A model generated the notes under the pieces. That model did not search any database and was not told where the DNA came from. It saw nothing but the letters and a program-made list of their open reading frames with translations. From positions 4,962,001-5,026,000 of the forward strand of contig NC_045698.1 in assembly GCF_009834535.1 (NCBI RefSeq): a DNA stretch of 64,000 nt. The letters run 5' to 3'. Each line of letters opens with the position of its first letter. The first letter of the stretch is position 1. The DNA is from Camelus ferus. Its lineage: Eukaryota. Both the position numbers and the translations under genes were made by a program. This document shows positions 1 through 12,084 of the stretch, one piece after another.

Positions 1-163
1 CTTATCTGCAGGCACATTCCATTTTCTGATTAGATAAGCCAGGGCTTTGTGATTTTTCTTTTTGTAACTAACCAGCTTTTGAATATACCTGTAAAGTCTA
101 TTAGTTTACTGTTTTTCATTTGTTCACTTTTGTTTAGAAATGAGTTTATCTAAAGCTCTTTAG

Positions 164-247
164 AAAGGAGTCCTCCTGTATTTACTGGACTTAAATAATC
201 TAGCTGCAAAGAAAATCTCTGCAAGGGAACGTGTCGATAGTACAGTG
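164..247 (+). other. Candidate coding exon of an unidentified gene (KGVLLYLLDLNNLAAKKISARERVDSTV)
   Basis: Acceptor gctctttAG| at 162-163 (a stronger pyrimidine-tract acceptor lies at 136-137) and donor GTG|gtaaac at 248. The 84 nt are open in phase 0-0 and lie in unique sequence. No homolog recognised. Confidence 0.2.
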
Positions 248-689
248 GTAAACCTTTGAGTTCTAATGATGGAAAATGCTAAGCCAACATCTTTTTCCCA
301 CTAATTTGGAAAATCAGTGTTAGATCTCTATGAGCTTTCTTAAAGGGAATAAAGTGTTAAAGATTCATACAAATTTCTTCTCGTCTTTTCACACGCAGAG
401 TCTCCTGGGGTTGAAATATTTAATTTCCACGCATGTTTTCATCATTGATATATATGTGCGACTACATCTATGATATGTATGTGGGATTCCATACACATTT
501 ATGTATATATACTCAGATACATATATAATATCATCAAGATAGTCTATATCTTTAGGCTTTTTTCTCTGTGACACTTGATAATTTGTGCATATAATAGAAT
601 ATCAAATAGAAGAGAAAACGAATAAACTGCAGCAACATTTATCAACAGACAAGACTTTATTCGGATTGCACCAGTTTTTAAAATTTACA

Positions 690-905
690 TCCCTTTTCTA
701 TTCCAGGATGCGATGCAGGGAAACACATTACCGTTACTCATCCTGTCTCCTCAGTCTCCTTCAGTCTTTGAAACTTCACCAAAGATGTCTGCCTTCAGAC
801 CTCTTGGTGTCTCAGTGTTTCCTCGTCTTTGATGAAGTTGAAGAGTATCTGTCAGTTTTGTTTTCAGAGATCTCCCTCTGTTTGATTTTTGTTTGTTTTA
901 GAATT
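690..905 (-). mobile_element. Ancient L1MC/L1ME-type 3'UTR fragment
   Basis: The ccaggatgcgatgcagg...tgtctcctcagtctccttcagtct...tgattt pattern resembles antisense old L1 3'UTR. Confidence 0.5.
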
Positions 906-1029
906 GCTAACCAATAAGCCCCGTAGAAACCAAACTACCAACTGGAGTGAAGTATTTCACTTTGTCTTTTTTTCCCCTTGTTTCTTAAGGTGGAAGCTTA
1001 GCTCACAGGTTTGAGAGCTTCCTTCTTTC

Positions 1030-3330
1030 CTGAGTGGTTTTTGCTATAAATTTTGTGTTAGCACTGCTCTAACTGCATTCTACAAATTTTGAAATGTATT
1101 TTCATAATTTTCATTCAGCTTAAAATATTTTTAATCTTACTATGCACTTCCTCTTCAACCCATGGGTAGTTATGAAGTATATTGTTTAATTCCTAAATAT
1201 TTGCAGATTTTCCAGATGTCTTTCTGCTATTGGGTTTTAGTTTTAATTCAAGACTTGAGAAACTACTTAACTATGCTTTTTATTCTTTTAAATTTGTTAG
1301 AATTCTTATAGCCCAGAGTGTGATCTCAAGGAATTTTCCACACATACTTAAAAAACGTTATTCTGCTGTTGTCCAATGAAGTATCAACTTAGTCAAGTTG
1401 TTCATTCAAGTCTCCTATATCTTTACTGACTTTCTGCCTATTTGTTCTTTTAAGTACAGAGAGAGGAATGCTGAAGACTCCAACTCAAATTAAATATATG
1501 TATGTATATGCATGCCTAGGGACATTGTGCTGTACACCAGAAATTCACACATTGTAACTGATTGCACTTCAATAAAAAGAAAAATATTTTGTCTGTTTCT
1601 TCTTCCAGTTCCATCAGTTTTCCTTCAATACTTTGAATTCTTTTGTCAAGTGTGCACACATTTATTATGTCTTCTTTTAAGAATTGATCTTCTTATCATT
1701 ATGTAATGTCCTACTTTAACTCTGATCATTTTCCTTGTTTTGTTTACTTCAAACGTAATGTATGAAATAAACATAAGTATGACAGCTTTCTTTTGATGTA
1801 CATCTTTTCCCATCCTATTAGTTTTCACTTATCTATGCCTTTATATTTATAGTGACTTTCTTATATATAACATGGAGTTGGGTCTTGTTTTTAATCCAAC
1901 CTAACAGTATTTTTCACTTTGTGTGTTAATTATTTAGTTTAAATGTAATTGTTGATATTTTTGGATTAAAACGTATCACATTCCTAGCAGCTTTCTACTC
2001 ACTTAATCTTCTGTTTATTTTTTCATTTTTTCCTTTCTTGAGTTTTTCGAACAATTTTTGTGATTTCCGTTTTTACTTCTATTGCTGAGTGATTATTTAC
2101 ATCTCTTTTAAAAAGATTTTGATGGTTGCCCTAGGGTTTAAATGTAGATATTTATTTAATCAGAATCTATATTCAATTAATATTATACTTCTTTATATGT
2201 GATATAAGCACCTTACAACTATATATTCTTTTAGGCATAAGAATATGTATAATAAACATATACATAAATTCTTCCCTCTTACTTGTGATATTATTGCTAT
2301 ACAGTTTACTTTTACACACACCATAAAGTGTTAAATTTTTGCTGTATAAAGTTAGTTATCCTTTAGAGCAATTAAAAAGAAAAGGAAAAGGAACTTTGTA
2401 TTACCTTCATTTATTACATTTCCACACTCTTTTTTGCTGTAGATTCATCCATGCTTCTGTTTGATACTTCATTCCTCCTGCCTCGAGGGGCATCCGCTAA
2501 CATTTCTTGTGTAGTAGATCTGCTGGCGGTGAACTTCCTCAGTTTTTGTTTGTCTCAGAAAGCCTTTATTATATTTTTGAAGGATATTCTCACAGAGTAT
2601 TAAATGCTGGGTTGATAAATTTTGGTTTCTTTCAGGACTTTAAAGCTGTCAATGCATTATGTTCTGACTTGCACAGTTTTCAACAAGTTTTCACCCCCAT
2701 TCTTACCTTTGCTCCTTTTTATTTAATGTAATTTTTTCTGGCTAACCTCACGTTTTTCTCCTTGTCTTTGGTTTTTGATGTTTGGTATTTGTTTTTGTTT
2801 TTAGCATATATTGCTCAATGTTTCTGAGCTTTATGGATCTGTGGTTTGGGGTCCGTAAATCATTTTGGAGAATTCTGTCACTGTTTCATAAAATTCTTCT
2901 CACGCGTTGCTTTCTCTTCCCCTTTTAGGATTCCCATTATGCGTGTATCCAAGCGCTAGATGTTTTTTCATAGCTGTTGGATGCTCTTTTTATTTTTCAG
3001 TCTTTCCTCTTTGTGTTTCAGTTGGGTAATTTTCGTTGACGTGTTTTCAGGTAGAGCCCATAGAAAGCATTCTGCATCTCTGGTACTGTGGTTTTTCATT
3101 TCTAACATTTGTATTTGATTTACAGTTTCCATTTCTCTGCTGATTTATTCATCTGATCTTTCATGTTATACACCTTTTCTATTAAACTCTTCAACATGAA
3201 CGTATTAGTAATAGTTATTTTAAATTCCTAGTCAGATGATTATAACATCTGTATCATATCTGAGTTTGGTTCTGTTTATTTTTCTGTTTGGGGGAAGTTT
3301 GTTGCTCTTTTTTTGGTATGCTTTGAAGTT
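1030..3330 (-). mobile_element. Old L1 (ORF2 endonuclease region to ORF1), degraded
   Basis: T-rich strand with antisense L1 motifs (gctataaattt..ttagcactgct, ctatatctttactgactttctgcc, gatctgctggcggtgaacttcctcag, ggattcccattatgcgt). No intact ORF. Confidence 0.85.
1497..1583 (+). mobile_element. Short 5'-truncated young L1 3' tail nested in the older L1
   Basis: gacattgtgctgtacaccagaaattcacacattgtaactgattgcacttcaataaaaagaaaaa is the reverse complement of the L1 tails at 6170, 20080 and 28360. Confidence 0.8.
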
Positions 3331-3332
3331 TG

Positions 3333-3425
3333 TTTTTTTCCCTTAACAGAGTCTCTGGGGATTGATCACAGGATCTCATGCACGCCAAGCACGCATCCTA
3401 TCACTGAGCTACACTACCCCTCAAC
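3333..3425 (-). mobile_element. tRNA-derived camelid SINE (vic-1 type), diverged
   Basis: ctggggattgatcacaggatctcatgcacgccaagcacgcatcctatcactgagctac is antisense to the SINE at 58116. Confidence 0.8.
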
Positions 3426-3562
3426 CCCCGGAGGTTTTTTAGTTGTTGTTGAAAGATGCCCATAGTACCGTAGAAACTGAATGAATAGTTTTACATTTGG
3501 AAATCGGCATATCTTTTCTTTCACTCATCCCTTCCTGGGGAGTTTTGTGTTAATCTAGTGAA

Positions 3563-3770
3563 AAGATCAGCACACATTTTTTGTAAACAGCCAACTAACA
3601 AGTATGTCAGACTTGTGAACTGTAAGCTCTCTACAACTCCACCAGCGCAGCGTGAAAGTAACCCCCGACAGTATGTAAACAGGTGGGTGTGGGTGTGTCC
3701 CAATAAAACTTTATTCGCTGAGCAGGCAGTGGGCCAGATCTGATCTGGGGCCATGGTGTGTTGACCCGTG
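3563..3770 (-). mobile_element. MER58A-like hAT-Charlie MITE
   Basis: tgtcccaataaaactttatt...ggcagtgggccagatctg...gttgacccgtg matches recalled MER58A antisense. Confidence 0.75.
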
Positions 3771-3774
3771 ATCT

Positions 3775-5560
3775 ACTTAGGAGCTGGGCTGGTTTTGAGG
3801 CTGTTGTTTTGATTATTTCAATGCACCACTGGCTTCAAATTCTTCCAGCAATACCTTGTAGTATGGAGGCTGGCTTTCTAGAGGTTTCTCCTTAGATCCG
3901 CCCCACCTCAGCTTTAAGTCATCCCTTCCCCGGATCTTCAGGGAGAGTCTGTCTCTTGTGTATTTCCTAGCAGTATTTCACAATTACTTTTAATTGATGC
4001 TTGTTACCTGGTTTGGGGTGGATGGACTTCTCAGATGTCCAGATTAACCCTCAGTCTTAGAGGACTTGTGTCCTGGGTTTCAGGGGAGGGGACTTCACAA
4101 ATGTTCCTGTCCATCCTCCAGCTGCAGTTCTGGGTCCCTTTTGTGTCCTTGGTCCTACTCCCTCCCCTTCTAGGACCAAAGGCATTTCTTCTGTTCCCTT
4201 CCTGCAGCTGCAAGACAGTTTGGGGTTTTGTTTTATTTTGTTTTGCCTACAGTACCCCCACAGATCAGGCTTGTATTCCACAGGAAAGATGGGGAAGCAG
4301 GAGCCAGGTGGAATTTTGTGCCTCTCCCCCAGTAGCTTTCTTGGGACTCCCCAGTCTTCTCTCTGGCATCTAAAGACCACGTGATAGAAGGCCTTCAGGA
4401 ACATGTAACCACCTCCCACCCCTATTATCTGCTTCTCCCAGGGGCGGCACACTCTCCTTCCAGTCTGCACTCGGCCTTCTCCAATTCCTTGACAGTTCCA
4501 GCAGAATTCTACTTACGAGGGTCCAGCTGCATCTGACCCAGGTCAGCAAGTACTGGGGTCTCATCTTCCTGTAGGCACTGGCCTCTTTCCACACTTGGAG
4601 CTATTTCGCTGCCTTGTGGCCTCAGCTCTCTGACAGATGCAACTGAATCAGGAACCTGCATTGCTGTACAAGCGTAAGCCACACCTTTTCTGGGTGTCTG
4701 CATCCCCACGTAGAAACCGGAGCTCTCAAATTTTTACCGTTTCATATTCACTATTAGATCTTTTCTGCCTCTAGAATTGTTACTGTTATTCTGTGAAGTA
4801 GAGTTCCAATATTCTTCCTTTCTCTCCATGGCTAAATTTTTTTCTTAGCACAGTTCTTCTTTTTAAATTTTTTTTAAATGGTTATATAACTTACCTTCAT
4901 TTTTTAATGATTTGAAGTCTATTTACTGTAAATTTTTCAGCTTGGTATTTTAAAACTTCAGCCTCCTCTGATGCTAATCTGTATGCTGTTTGCTGTTTCC
5001 CTTAGGGTTTTCACAGAGGACTCCTTCACGTGGGTTTTTAAACTTTGGAATGGTTCTTGCTTTGCATGTCAATCCACAAGGCTTCAGTGGGTAAAATATC
5101 CCTCCATTTAATTTTGGTTTTCTACTTAATTCTTCCAGACGGCTCCACAGTGTCACTGGCCTAGGACCAATTTTTATATTAATCCCCCCTAATTAGATTT
5201 TCCCACACCTCATGTGCAGAGAAAATTCAGACTCCTACTCAGGCAAAATCCTGGCCTGGAGTTTTCATTCCTCCTGGAAGATATTTTCCCAGAGGCAAGG
5301 CCGACCTGAGCTGTCCCTTCCCCTGATGGGCAGAACATCTCGGTCTCCCTTTGTCTGGGTTTGCAGCCCCCTGGGAGCTGCTGTTTCGTGCACAGGCTTT
5401 AACCCTGCTGGCTCCTCCATTCCCGGCACAGACCCGAGGACAGCAGCTGAGTCGGCCTGAACTCCTCCTCTGCCTCTCGGCCACACTGCCCTCTGGGCCT
5501 GAGGAGCCACAATTCTTAAAAAACAGGAACATGTGCATTGCACTGATAAAACATCAAGAG
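3775..5560 (-). mobile_element. Ancient L1 5'-region fragments
   Basis: Continues the L1 interrupted by MER58. Motifs (gattaaccctcagtcttag, ggaccaatttttatattaat..cccacacc) are typical of old L1M 5' regions. Confidence 0.5.
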
Positions 5561-6167
5561 CATCCTTATCACATCCCGAATTAAACACTTCAGCCCAGAT
5601 GGGGTGATGCGAGGACCACTCTATGCGAGAAGCTGTTCAGGAAGCTTTCTCCTGCTGTCTCCTCAGCCCCTCCTCTGCCATCTCCCCAGGGATGCCACCG
5701 CTGGCACTTCTGACACCTGAGAAATTCCTGGACCCACGTGACACATGCCAAAGCTTCAGAAACTTGACCCCTTCTGCTTCCGTCTGGATGTGTAAAATTG
5801 GAGAGCACTCATCTGAAGCTACATCATATACACACTGTACACAATCCTTGCTTCCTAATCTCTTCCCCCAGCCAAAGCAGCATCTGGACGTCCCCACATG
5901 TCTCCGAAGATGTGTTGATGTGTTCCCAAGGCAGCTCTGCTGGGGCAGCCTCCTCCTCCTCACCACTCCCTGCCCCTGTCCTGCCTTGGCTGCACCTCAT
6001 CCTGCCTGAGGCTGGCTGCAGTTGGAGCATCTGCAGGAATTACTGCAAAAAGGCCTTGAAAGCTCAGATGAGACAGGAGATGTGGGTTCCAATCTTGCTT
6101 TTTCAGTAACTCACAGTAAAACCTTATGCAGCCCCTACATTGCTCTTTTTTTAAGTATTTTAGTTTA

Positions 6168-6346
6168 ATTTTTTTTAATTGAAGTACAGTTGGTTACAAT
6201 GTGTCAATTTCTGGTGTACAGCACAATGTCCCAGTCATGCATATACCTAATATATAAAAAAGAAACAAGATAAAAAAGGACACTATGAACTCATCTACAA
6301 AACAGAAACAGACTCGCAGACATAGCAAACAATCTTATGGTTACCA
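6168..6346 (-). mobile_element. Young L1 3' end with 5' inversion (twin priming)
   Basis: 6168-6250 is antisense L1 tail with poly(T). 6255-6346 is sense upstream 3'UTR (ggacactatgaactcatctacaaaacagaaacagac...ggttacca). Compare 28600-28680. Confidence 0.85.
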
Positions 6347-6639
6347 CTTTTTACTACTGTTGTCTTCCGGGCCAAAGGGACCATGAGACATTCATCTTGT
6401 CTTATGAAACGCGTGGTAAAGGCATTATAAAGGGATGAGGGAGGACCACCCAATAGAGATTTTTATTAATTGATTTGCAAACTTAAGCCTTCTTTTTCTT
6501 ACCTTTTTTTCACAAGTGTCAGCTTACTTTTAGAGCATTGCCATTTTCAGCCTGTATTTCTTAAACCATGGCTCACTTTCCCCCAGAGCCAGACTCTTCT
6601 GTTTTTCTCACTTACCGGTTGGGTGGATGGGGAGGAGGC

Positions 6640-7484
6640 CTTGCACCGATACTAGTGATGCAGCGATCTCCCGGCGTCTGTGTAGAGTCGTGCTGAGAAG
6701 GGCTGCTCCTCAGGGTCACCAGGACGCTAACTGTCACAGCTCTCAGTGGGGTGGGTACCCATCAGGGAAGGCTGCCTGCACGGCAGAGCCGGGAGCTGCA
6801 GACAGTCACACCACGACTTCTTCCCTATGGTGATGCCTTGTGCACGGGGACAATATGAAAGGTCCCGAGGCTCAGGCTGTCCCCACTCGTCTCAGACCTG
6901 TCAGCAGACTTCATTCACAGACTCATTCGGTTGCCCTTCATTTATGAGCCGTCCTTGTACGTTGGAGGAAGAATCAGACTTTGCACCTGGCTGGTGGCAG
7001 CTAAGACAGGGCTGCAGGCAGGTCTCAGCAGGTGCTGACCGATGGGGACGCGCACAGTCGCGGTCATGCACTCCCCTGCCCTCCGGGAGGCATGGTCCTG
7101 TGAGCATGAGCCTGACCCAGCTGGACTTCAGAGCCGGGGAGAGGCCCTCCCTGGGGCGCCCCGGGGGCCTGCCCGGGCAGGAGACCAGTTGCAGTCAGGC
7201 CTCCGGGCATCAGGAGAAGCGGGAACAGCATGCACAGCGAGGGGAGGCAGCGGATAATGAGACGCCGGGAGGCGGGCCCTGGGGGTGGAGCATCAGTGGG
7301 GCGGGCTGCGAACCAGGCGGGACAACGGAGGGACCGGCACATCCAAAGTCCGCCCGTGTCAGAATGCTTCCAGGGAGGGTTCGCAGGGTCCCAGCGTCTG
7401 AGTGGAGAACCTCAACAAGAAGGCCAAGGAAAGCTTCTCTACGAGGGATGCATCTATAGTGCACCTGATGGGGGCCCGGTAACA
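6640..7484 (-). mobile_element. Possible ancient GC-enriched LTR element
   Basis: GC-rich block ending ...gggggcccggtaaca (TGTTACC start on the minus strand). Family not recognised. Confidence 0.3.
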
Positions 7485-7889
7485 GATTTAAATGTGGCAT
7501 TTTTATTTGAAACATCACGAAAGTCAGTGCTCTGTGTCCAAACTGCAGAGCCGTTACTCAGTTACAGTGAGCAGCAGGTTGGCCTCACATCTTCTGTTAT
7601 CTCCCTCCTTTTGTGTTTGACCTTGTATGTTGATATGTATTATTTTATTAAATATATTATTACTATTATATTTATTATATATGAGTTTACTGTATCTTTT
7701 TATTCTATGTACCTAATGTATTAATTTATTATATGTTACCTATAATATGAGTTCTTTTATTGACAATAGTAGAGTTTGAGGAGGAAGCAGAGACATCTGC
7801 ATGCATTCAGTAGATCATATATGACTGGAAAAATTTTTTTCAACTTATTTAAAATTATAATTTAATTCTGTGATGGGTTGAAAGAATAA

Positions 7890-8065
7890 ATAGAGATTCC
7901 TAGGTAGGTCTCTGTAAAACCTGTAAAGTTATTTACAAAATTCAGTGTGAGTGAATCACTCTGGAACGGGGTCTGTAGCTCCTGTCAACTTCTCAGAGAA
8001 GTCCCAGATTAAAAACAAAAAACCAAAACAAACAAACAAACAAAAAACCTGCCAGGAACCTTGAT
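7890..8065 (+). mobile_element. MER103-like hAT-Charlie fragment
   Basis: ctctggaacggggtctgtagctcctgtcaacttctcagagaagtcc resembles recalled MER103. Confidence 0.4.
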
Positions 8066-8799
8066 TTTATTGGAACAGAGTCAACTCAGATGAGATGCAC
8101 TACTTCTTAAATAAAAGAATTTTTTTTGTATTTTAGGAAAGTATTTTTAAGACATATGTGTATCTCACAAATTTTACTTTAAAATAGATCCATAATCGTA
8201 ATAGTCTTGCAGTTCCACACAGTTTTAAACCTCAGTCTGGGCAACATGACATAATAGTTCACGCGCCAGAACACAGGGAATTCAGGGCCACAGAGGTTGC
8301 AGGAAAATAAAGAAAACAAAAGAAAACAAAAATTGCTTGGATATTTTGTAAGAATATGTCCTCATTTTTATGTCAAAACTCTAGGATTAAAAGAAGAGAT
8401 AGTTTTCAGAGAATTCCAAAAATCCTATACAGTAAAAATTAAAAGATATTATAACATCAAAATAAAATATTTTCATGAGAAATTAGTACTTCAGAACATC
8501 ACGCCAGCTTTGTTTTTAGAAGACTGAGTGACAGAAGAAACTGTTATTTTACCTTCATAAAAATGTAAAACATCAATTAAAAAATAACCTAAATTATATC
8601 AAAACATTGTGAAAATATCTGGAAAAATATGATAAAGGATCAATATGCTAAATAATTAAAGATTACAATGAGAAATTCATCCAGGACCCTTTTGAGGAGT
8701 GGGAGAAGTAAGAAATATAAAAGGACAACAGAGCAATGAAAATGTAATTTCTAAAGAAAGTTTAAAATGTTTTTCCACAGTATTGAACAGAGACATAGC

Positions 8800-9615
8800 A
8801 ATTCAAGATTCTTGCGTGACCTGCCATGTGACCCAGCAATCCCACTTCTGGGTGTACGTTCAAAAGGGAGTGCAAACAGAACGTCGAAGAGATGCCTGCA
8901 GCCCTGTGCTCACTGCAGCATCATCCACCATCCAAGTCACAGAAACTCTCTAAGGGTCCGTCAGCGGCCAAGTAAAGATGGAGGATGTACATGATACAAC
9001 AGAATATTATCGGCCACGAGAAGGAAGAAAATCCTGCCACTCGTGACAACATCGATGCACCTGGAGGGCGTTATGCTAAGTGAAATAAGCCAGACAGAGA
9101 AAGACAAATACTGCTTGGTATCACTTCTATGTAGAATCTGAAATTTAAAAAAAAATCAGAATGAATGTATCTATGTCCATGTATACCTGAGAAATTGTGC
9201 TCTACACTGGAATTTGACACAATATTGTAAAATTATTATAAATCAATAAAAAATGTTAAAAAAATCAGAATCACAGAAAGAGAGAGTAGGAAATTGGCTG
9301 CCAGGGGCTGCGGGTGAAGGAAGTACACAGAGGTTGTTGGTAAAAGGGTAAAAACTTTCAGATGAATAAAGCTTAAGGATCTAATAGAAAACATAACCAC
9401 TATAATTGATAACACTGTATTGCGTAATTGAAATTTGCTGAGAGTAAATTTTAAATCTCTTTCACACACACATACAAAGGATAAAGGTGTGAGGTGATGA
9501 ATGTGTCATTTAACTAGATGAGAGGGATCCTTTCAAAAAATCTGTAAGCGATCACAATGGACACTTTAAAATATCTGACAATTTCACTCATCAGTTATAC
9601 CTCAATAAAGCTGAA
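8800..9615 (+). mobile_element. L1MA/L1MB-type 3' end with a nested younger L1 tail (9163-9257)
   Basis: gacccagcaatcccacttctgggt, atgctaagtgaaataagccagacagagaaagacaaatactgc, tacctcaataaagctg. Confidence 0.9.
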
Positions 9616-10457
9616 GCTTTTGCAAGAATAAAATAAAATAAAAACTAGATAACATCTAACATAGATTAGAGCTAATAATGCTCAGTGCTGGTGGAGTTAG
9701 TGAGATGTACACGATTTGGCAGCGGAATTGGTTACTTACTTTTTGTAAAATTACTTGGAAATACGTGGCAAGAAACTCTAAAATGTCTTTCTTTGAACCA
9801 GTAATTGTAATTCTTGAAGATAGTGTATGTAAAATTGCTATCAACTCTTGGTAAAGGTGGCCTTAGAAATGTCGCATATAAAGTTAAACATTACAAACCA
9901 CTGGTTCAACAATAGCGTATAGCATAAAATAAAGCATGTGAAAATTCAAAAACCATAAGTGGATACTTGGAGTCTCGGCAAGGGAACTGCCATGGTGTTA
10001 AACAGTAAAGGAGAAGATTCAGAATGTGATATGCATCCACTTTTTGAAAGTGTTTTTAGAAATTATTGGTTAGAAAAGTGCCAAAATGTTAGTGCTAATT
10101 TCTTCTGGGTAATGAGACTACTTGTACTTTTCATTTCACCCTTAAATTTTCTGTATTACTCTGAACTTTTCAAGTTAAACATGTTTCACTCCTGTACTCA
10201 GGAAAAAAGGAAACTTAAAAATTAGATGTCTGAGTGTTCCATAATAGTGGCTTTTATTTTAATTAGGGTTTTAAAATGCCCGTGAATTCTCAAAACTCAC
10301 AGCGGCACATGCCTTATTCAATGGCTGGCAAATGAGCACAGCGACATCCGTACGTTCCTTAATGACTTTTGATTCATGCTGGACACAGAAGCTCCGTCTG
10401 CTGCTTCAAGAGGAAGAATGACTCTAGCGAAACTGTCATCTTGTCAAATTCTGACAG

Positions 10458-10532
10458 TCCTATATTTTCAATATCAAGATCGTCTCCCAAAAGAAAAAGA
10501 TGAAAATGGAAATGTTCTTTTAAAACCGACTT
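10458..10532 (+). other. Candidate coding exon (xLYFQYQDRLPKEKDENGNVLLKPT), unidentified gene
   Basis: Acceptor ttctgacAG (or tcaAG at 10477-78) and donor |GTGAGT at 10533. Length is 75 or 54 nt, both phase 1-1. Only one frame is open, and the sequence is unique. Confidence 0.4.
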
Positions 10533-10828
10533 GTGAGTATAGGAAATCAAACTGGAGTGCGGGTACTGGGAAGGCAGTCTTTCTCTAAGTGCTGCCCTGC
10601 GGGCACAGGGGATAATGAGATTTCACCGACTTGCTAGACTGCAGGAGGCTTTGCAACTGTGCTGATAAAGTCGCAGCCACAGCCCACATCTAGCATTCTC
10701 CTTTTTACGAGACCGTTTCATGATTCCCTCTTAAGACAGCTCACAAGCTTTTTTGTTTGTTTGTACTTGTTTCCAACCTCCTGTATGTTTACACGATTTC
10801 TCCATTTTCTCCTAACATTTTCATTCAG

Positions 10829-10851
10829 CAAGGAGGACTGGGCAAGACTGA
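10829..10851 (+). other. Candidate next/terminal coding exon (SRRTGQD*)
   Basis: Branch-like cctaac plus ttttcattcAG acceptor. In phase 1 from the previous candidate exon it reaches TGA at 10849-10851. Confidence 0.25.
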
Positions 10852-11049
10852 AGTCAGCACCTAGGTATTGACTCACCATTATCTGCTGGGCATTTAAGCA
10901 GAGAGGTTCACTGGACGTACATATCTGGAAGTGTCTGGCTACATATTTGCAGGGAGAGGAAAAAGAAATTCCGGGGTGGGCCATTCAGAATCCAGCTAGG
11001 AAATAGTTCTTTCAAATATGTCATAATATAGGTATTTGGTTATACAAAT

Positions 11050-11931
11050 TGTAACCGAGCAAGACCCTATGGGGCCTTCCTGGGACAGACCCCTCCTCCA
11101 TATTCAAACCACCACCAAATGGAAGGAATAAATTAACAATGGGGAATACTGTCCTCAGTGACCATATGGTATTTGTAACTGCTTAATTGTATAATGGTTT
11201 AGTGGCTTTTCTCATGCCGTTGCCAATCAGAGTTGGTCTGAAGTGAGGAGGCTTAGATGGACTGCCCAACCCCTGGTGATGCTCTGCTTGGAGATCATGC
11301 CCAGGGCCCTGCCTTTTGCTCCTGCCACCTCAGAAACAGCAGGTGGATGTTTTGTGAATCTTGTTGTTCTAACTCACCCCAACTAGGCATGTCTGCAGTT
11401 AGTTTCAGTCCCTTGTGGTTCCTTTGTACTCTGTTGTTTGAGGTGCAGGCCCCAGCCTGTGCAAACACTGCAGCAAGAGGTCCCAGGTCTCAACCTGCCA
11501 AAGATGCTAGAAGAATTTACCAACTTGACTTTAAACTGTACAAGTTTTTCCCTAGAGCACTTCTCCACAGACCCCCTTCCTAAGCACCCTTTGTTCTAGG
11601 CACAGGGATATTAGGAGATTCCCAAAGCCAGAGGCAAACATCACACCCAGCAGAAGGAAGGGGACTGTTGCATCTGCAAAAATGAGAACAACTTTAACAA
11701 ATCTGTAATCCTGTTTGATCTCTATGGAAACTAGCTCTGCCCCTTGAACTCTTGAACTTTTACTATAAAACCTCCCACCTTCTCTCCCTAGCAGGCTCAC
11801 AGTCTTAGAGGCATTAGCCCACTGTGACCTTCTCTGCCTGGCAAAGAAATGAAGCTGCCTTTTCTACTTCATCAGAAACTCTGTCCTCAAGTCTCAATTC
11901 AGTAATCAGGACACAGAAACCGAGTTTCAAC
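11050..11931 (+). mobile_element. ERV1-type solo LTR (composite)
   Basis: Starts TGTAACCGAGCAAGACCCTATGGGGCC like the LTR at 23968, has tataaaa near 11764, and ends ...gagtttcaaCA. Confidence 0.7.
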
Positions 11932-12084
11932 AAATTGATGATTGGAAAAAGTAAATAACCGAAGAGGATAATGAGGACCCCAGAGTCTGGTAGCCATGAG
12001 TGACCGCCAGCATCCCTAGTTTTGAAGAACAAAGATGCAAATAAATACACACACCCTGCTAGCAGATCAAAAAATTTAGGATTA

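Noticed and set aside
5006..5090. Exon-like segment (gctaat...cccttAG to TGG|gtaaaa)
   Set aside because: It lies within what looks like antisense ancient L1 5' sequence, which is naturally pyrimidine-rich. The donor is weak.
6746..7459. Longest ORF in the window (237 aa)
   Set aside because: It starts at a non-ATG codon, lies in a GC-rich probable LTR relic where stops are rare, has overlapping ORFs in several frames, and shows no recognisable domain.
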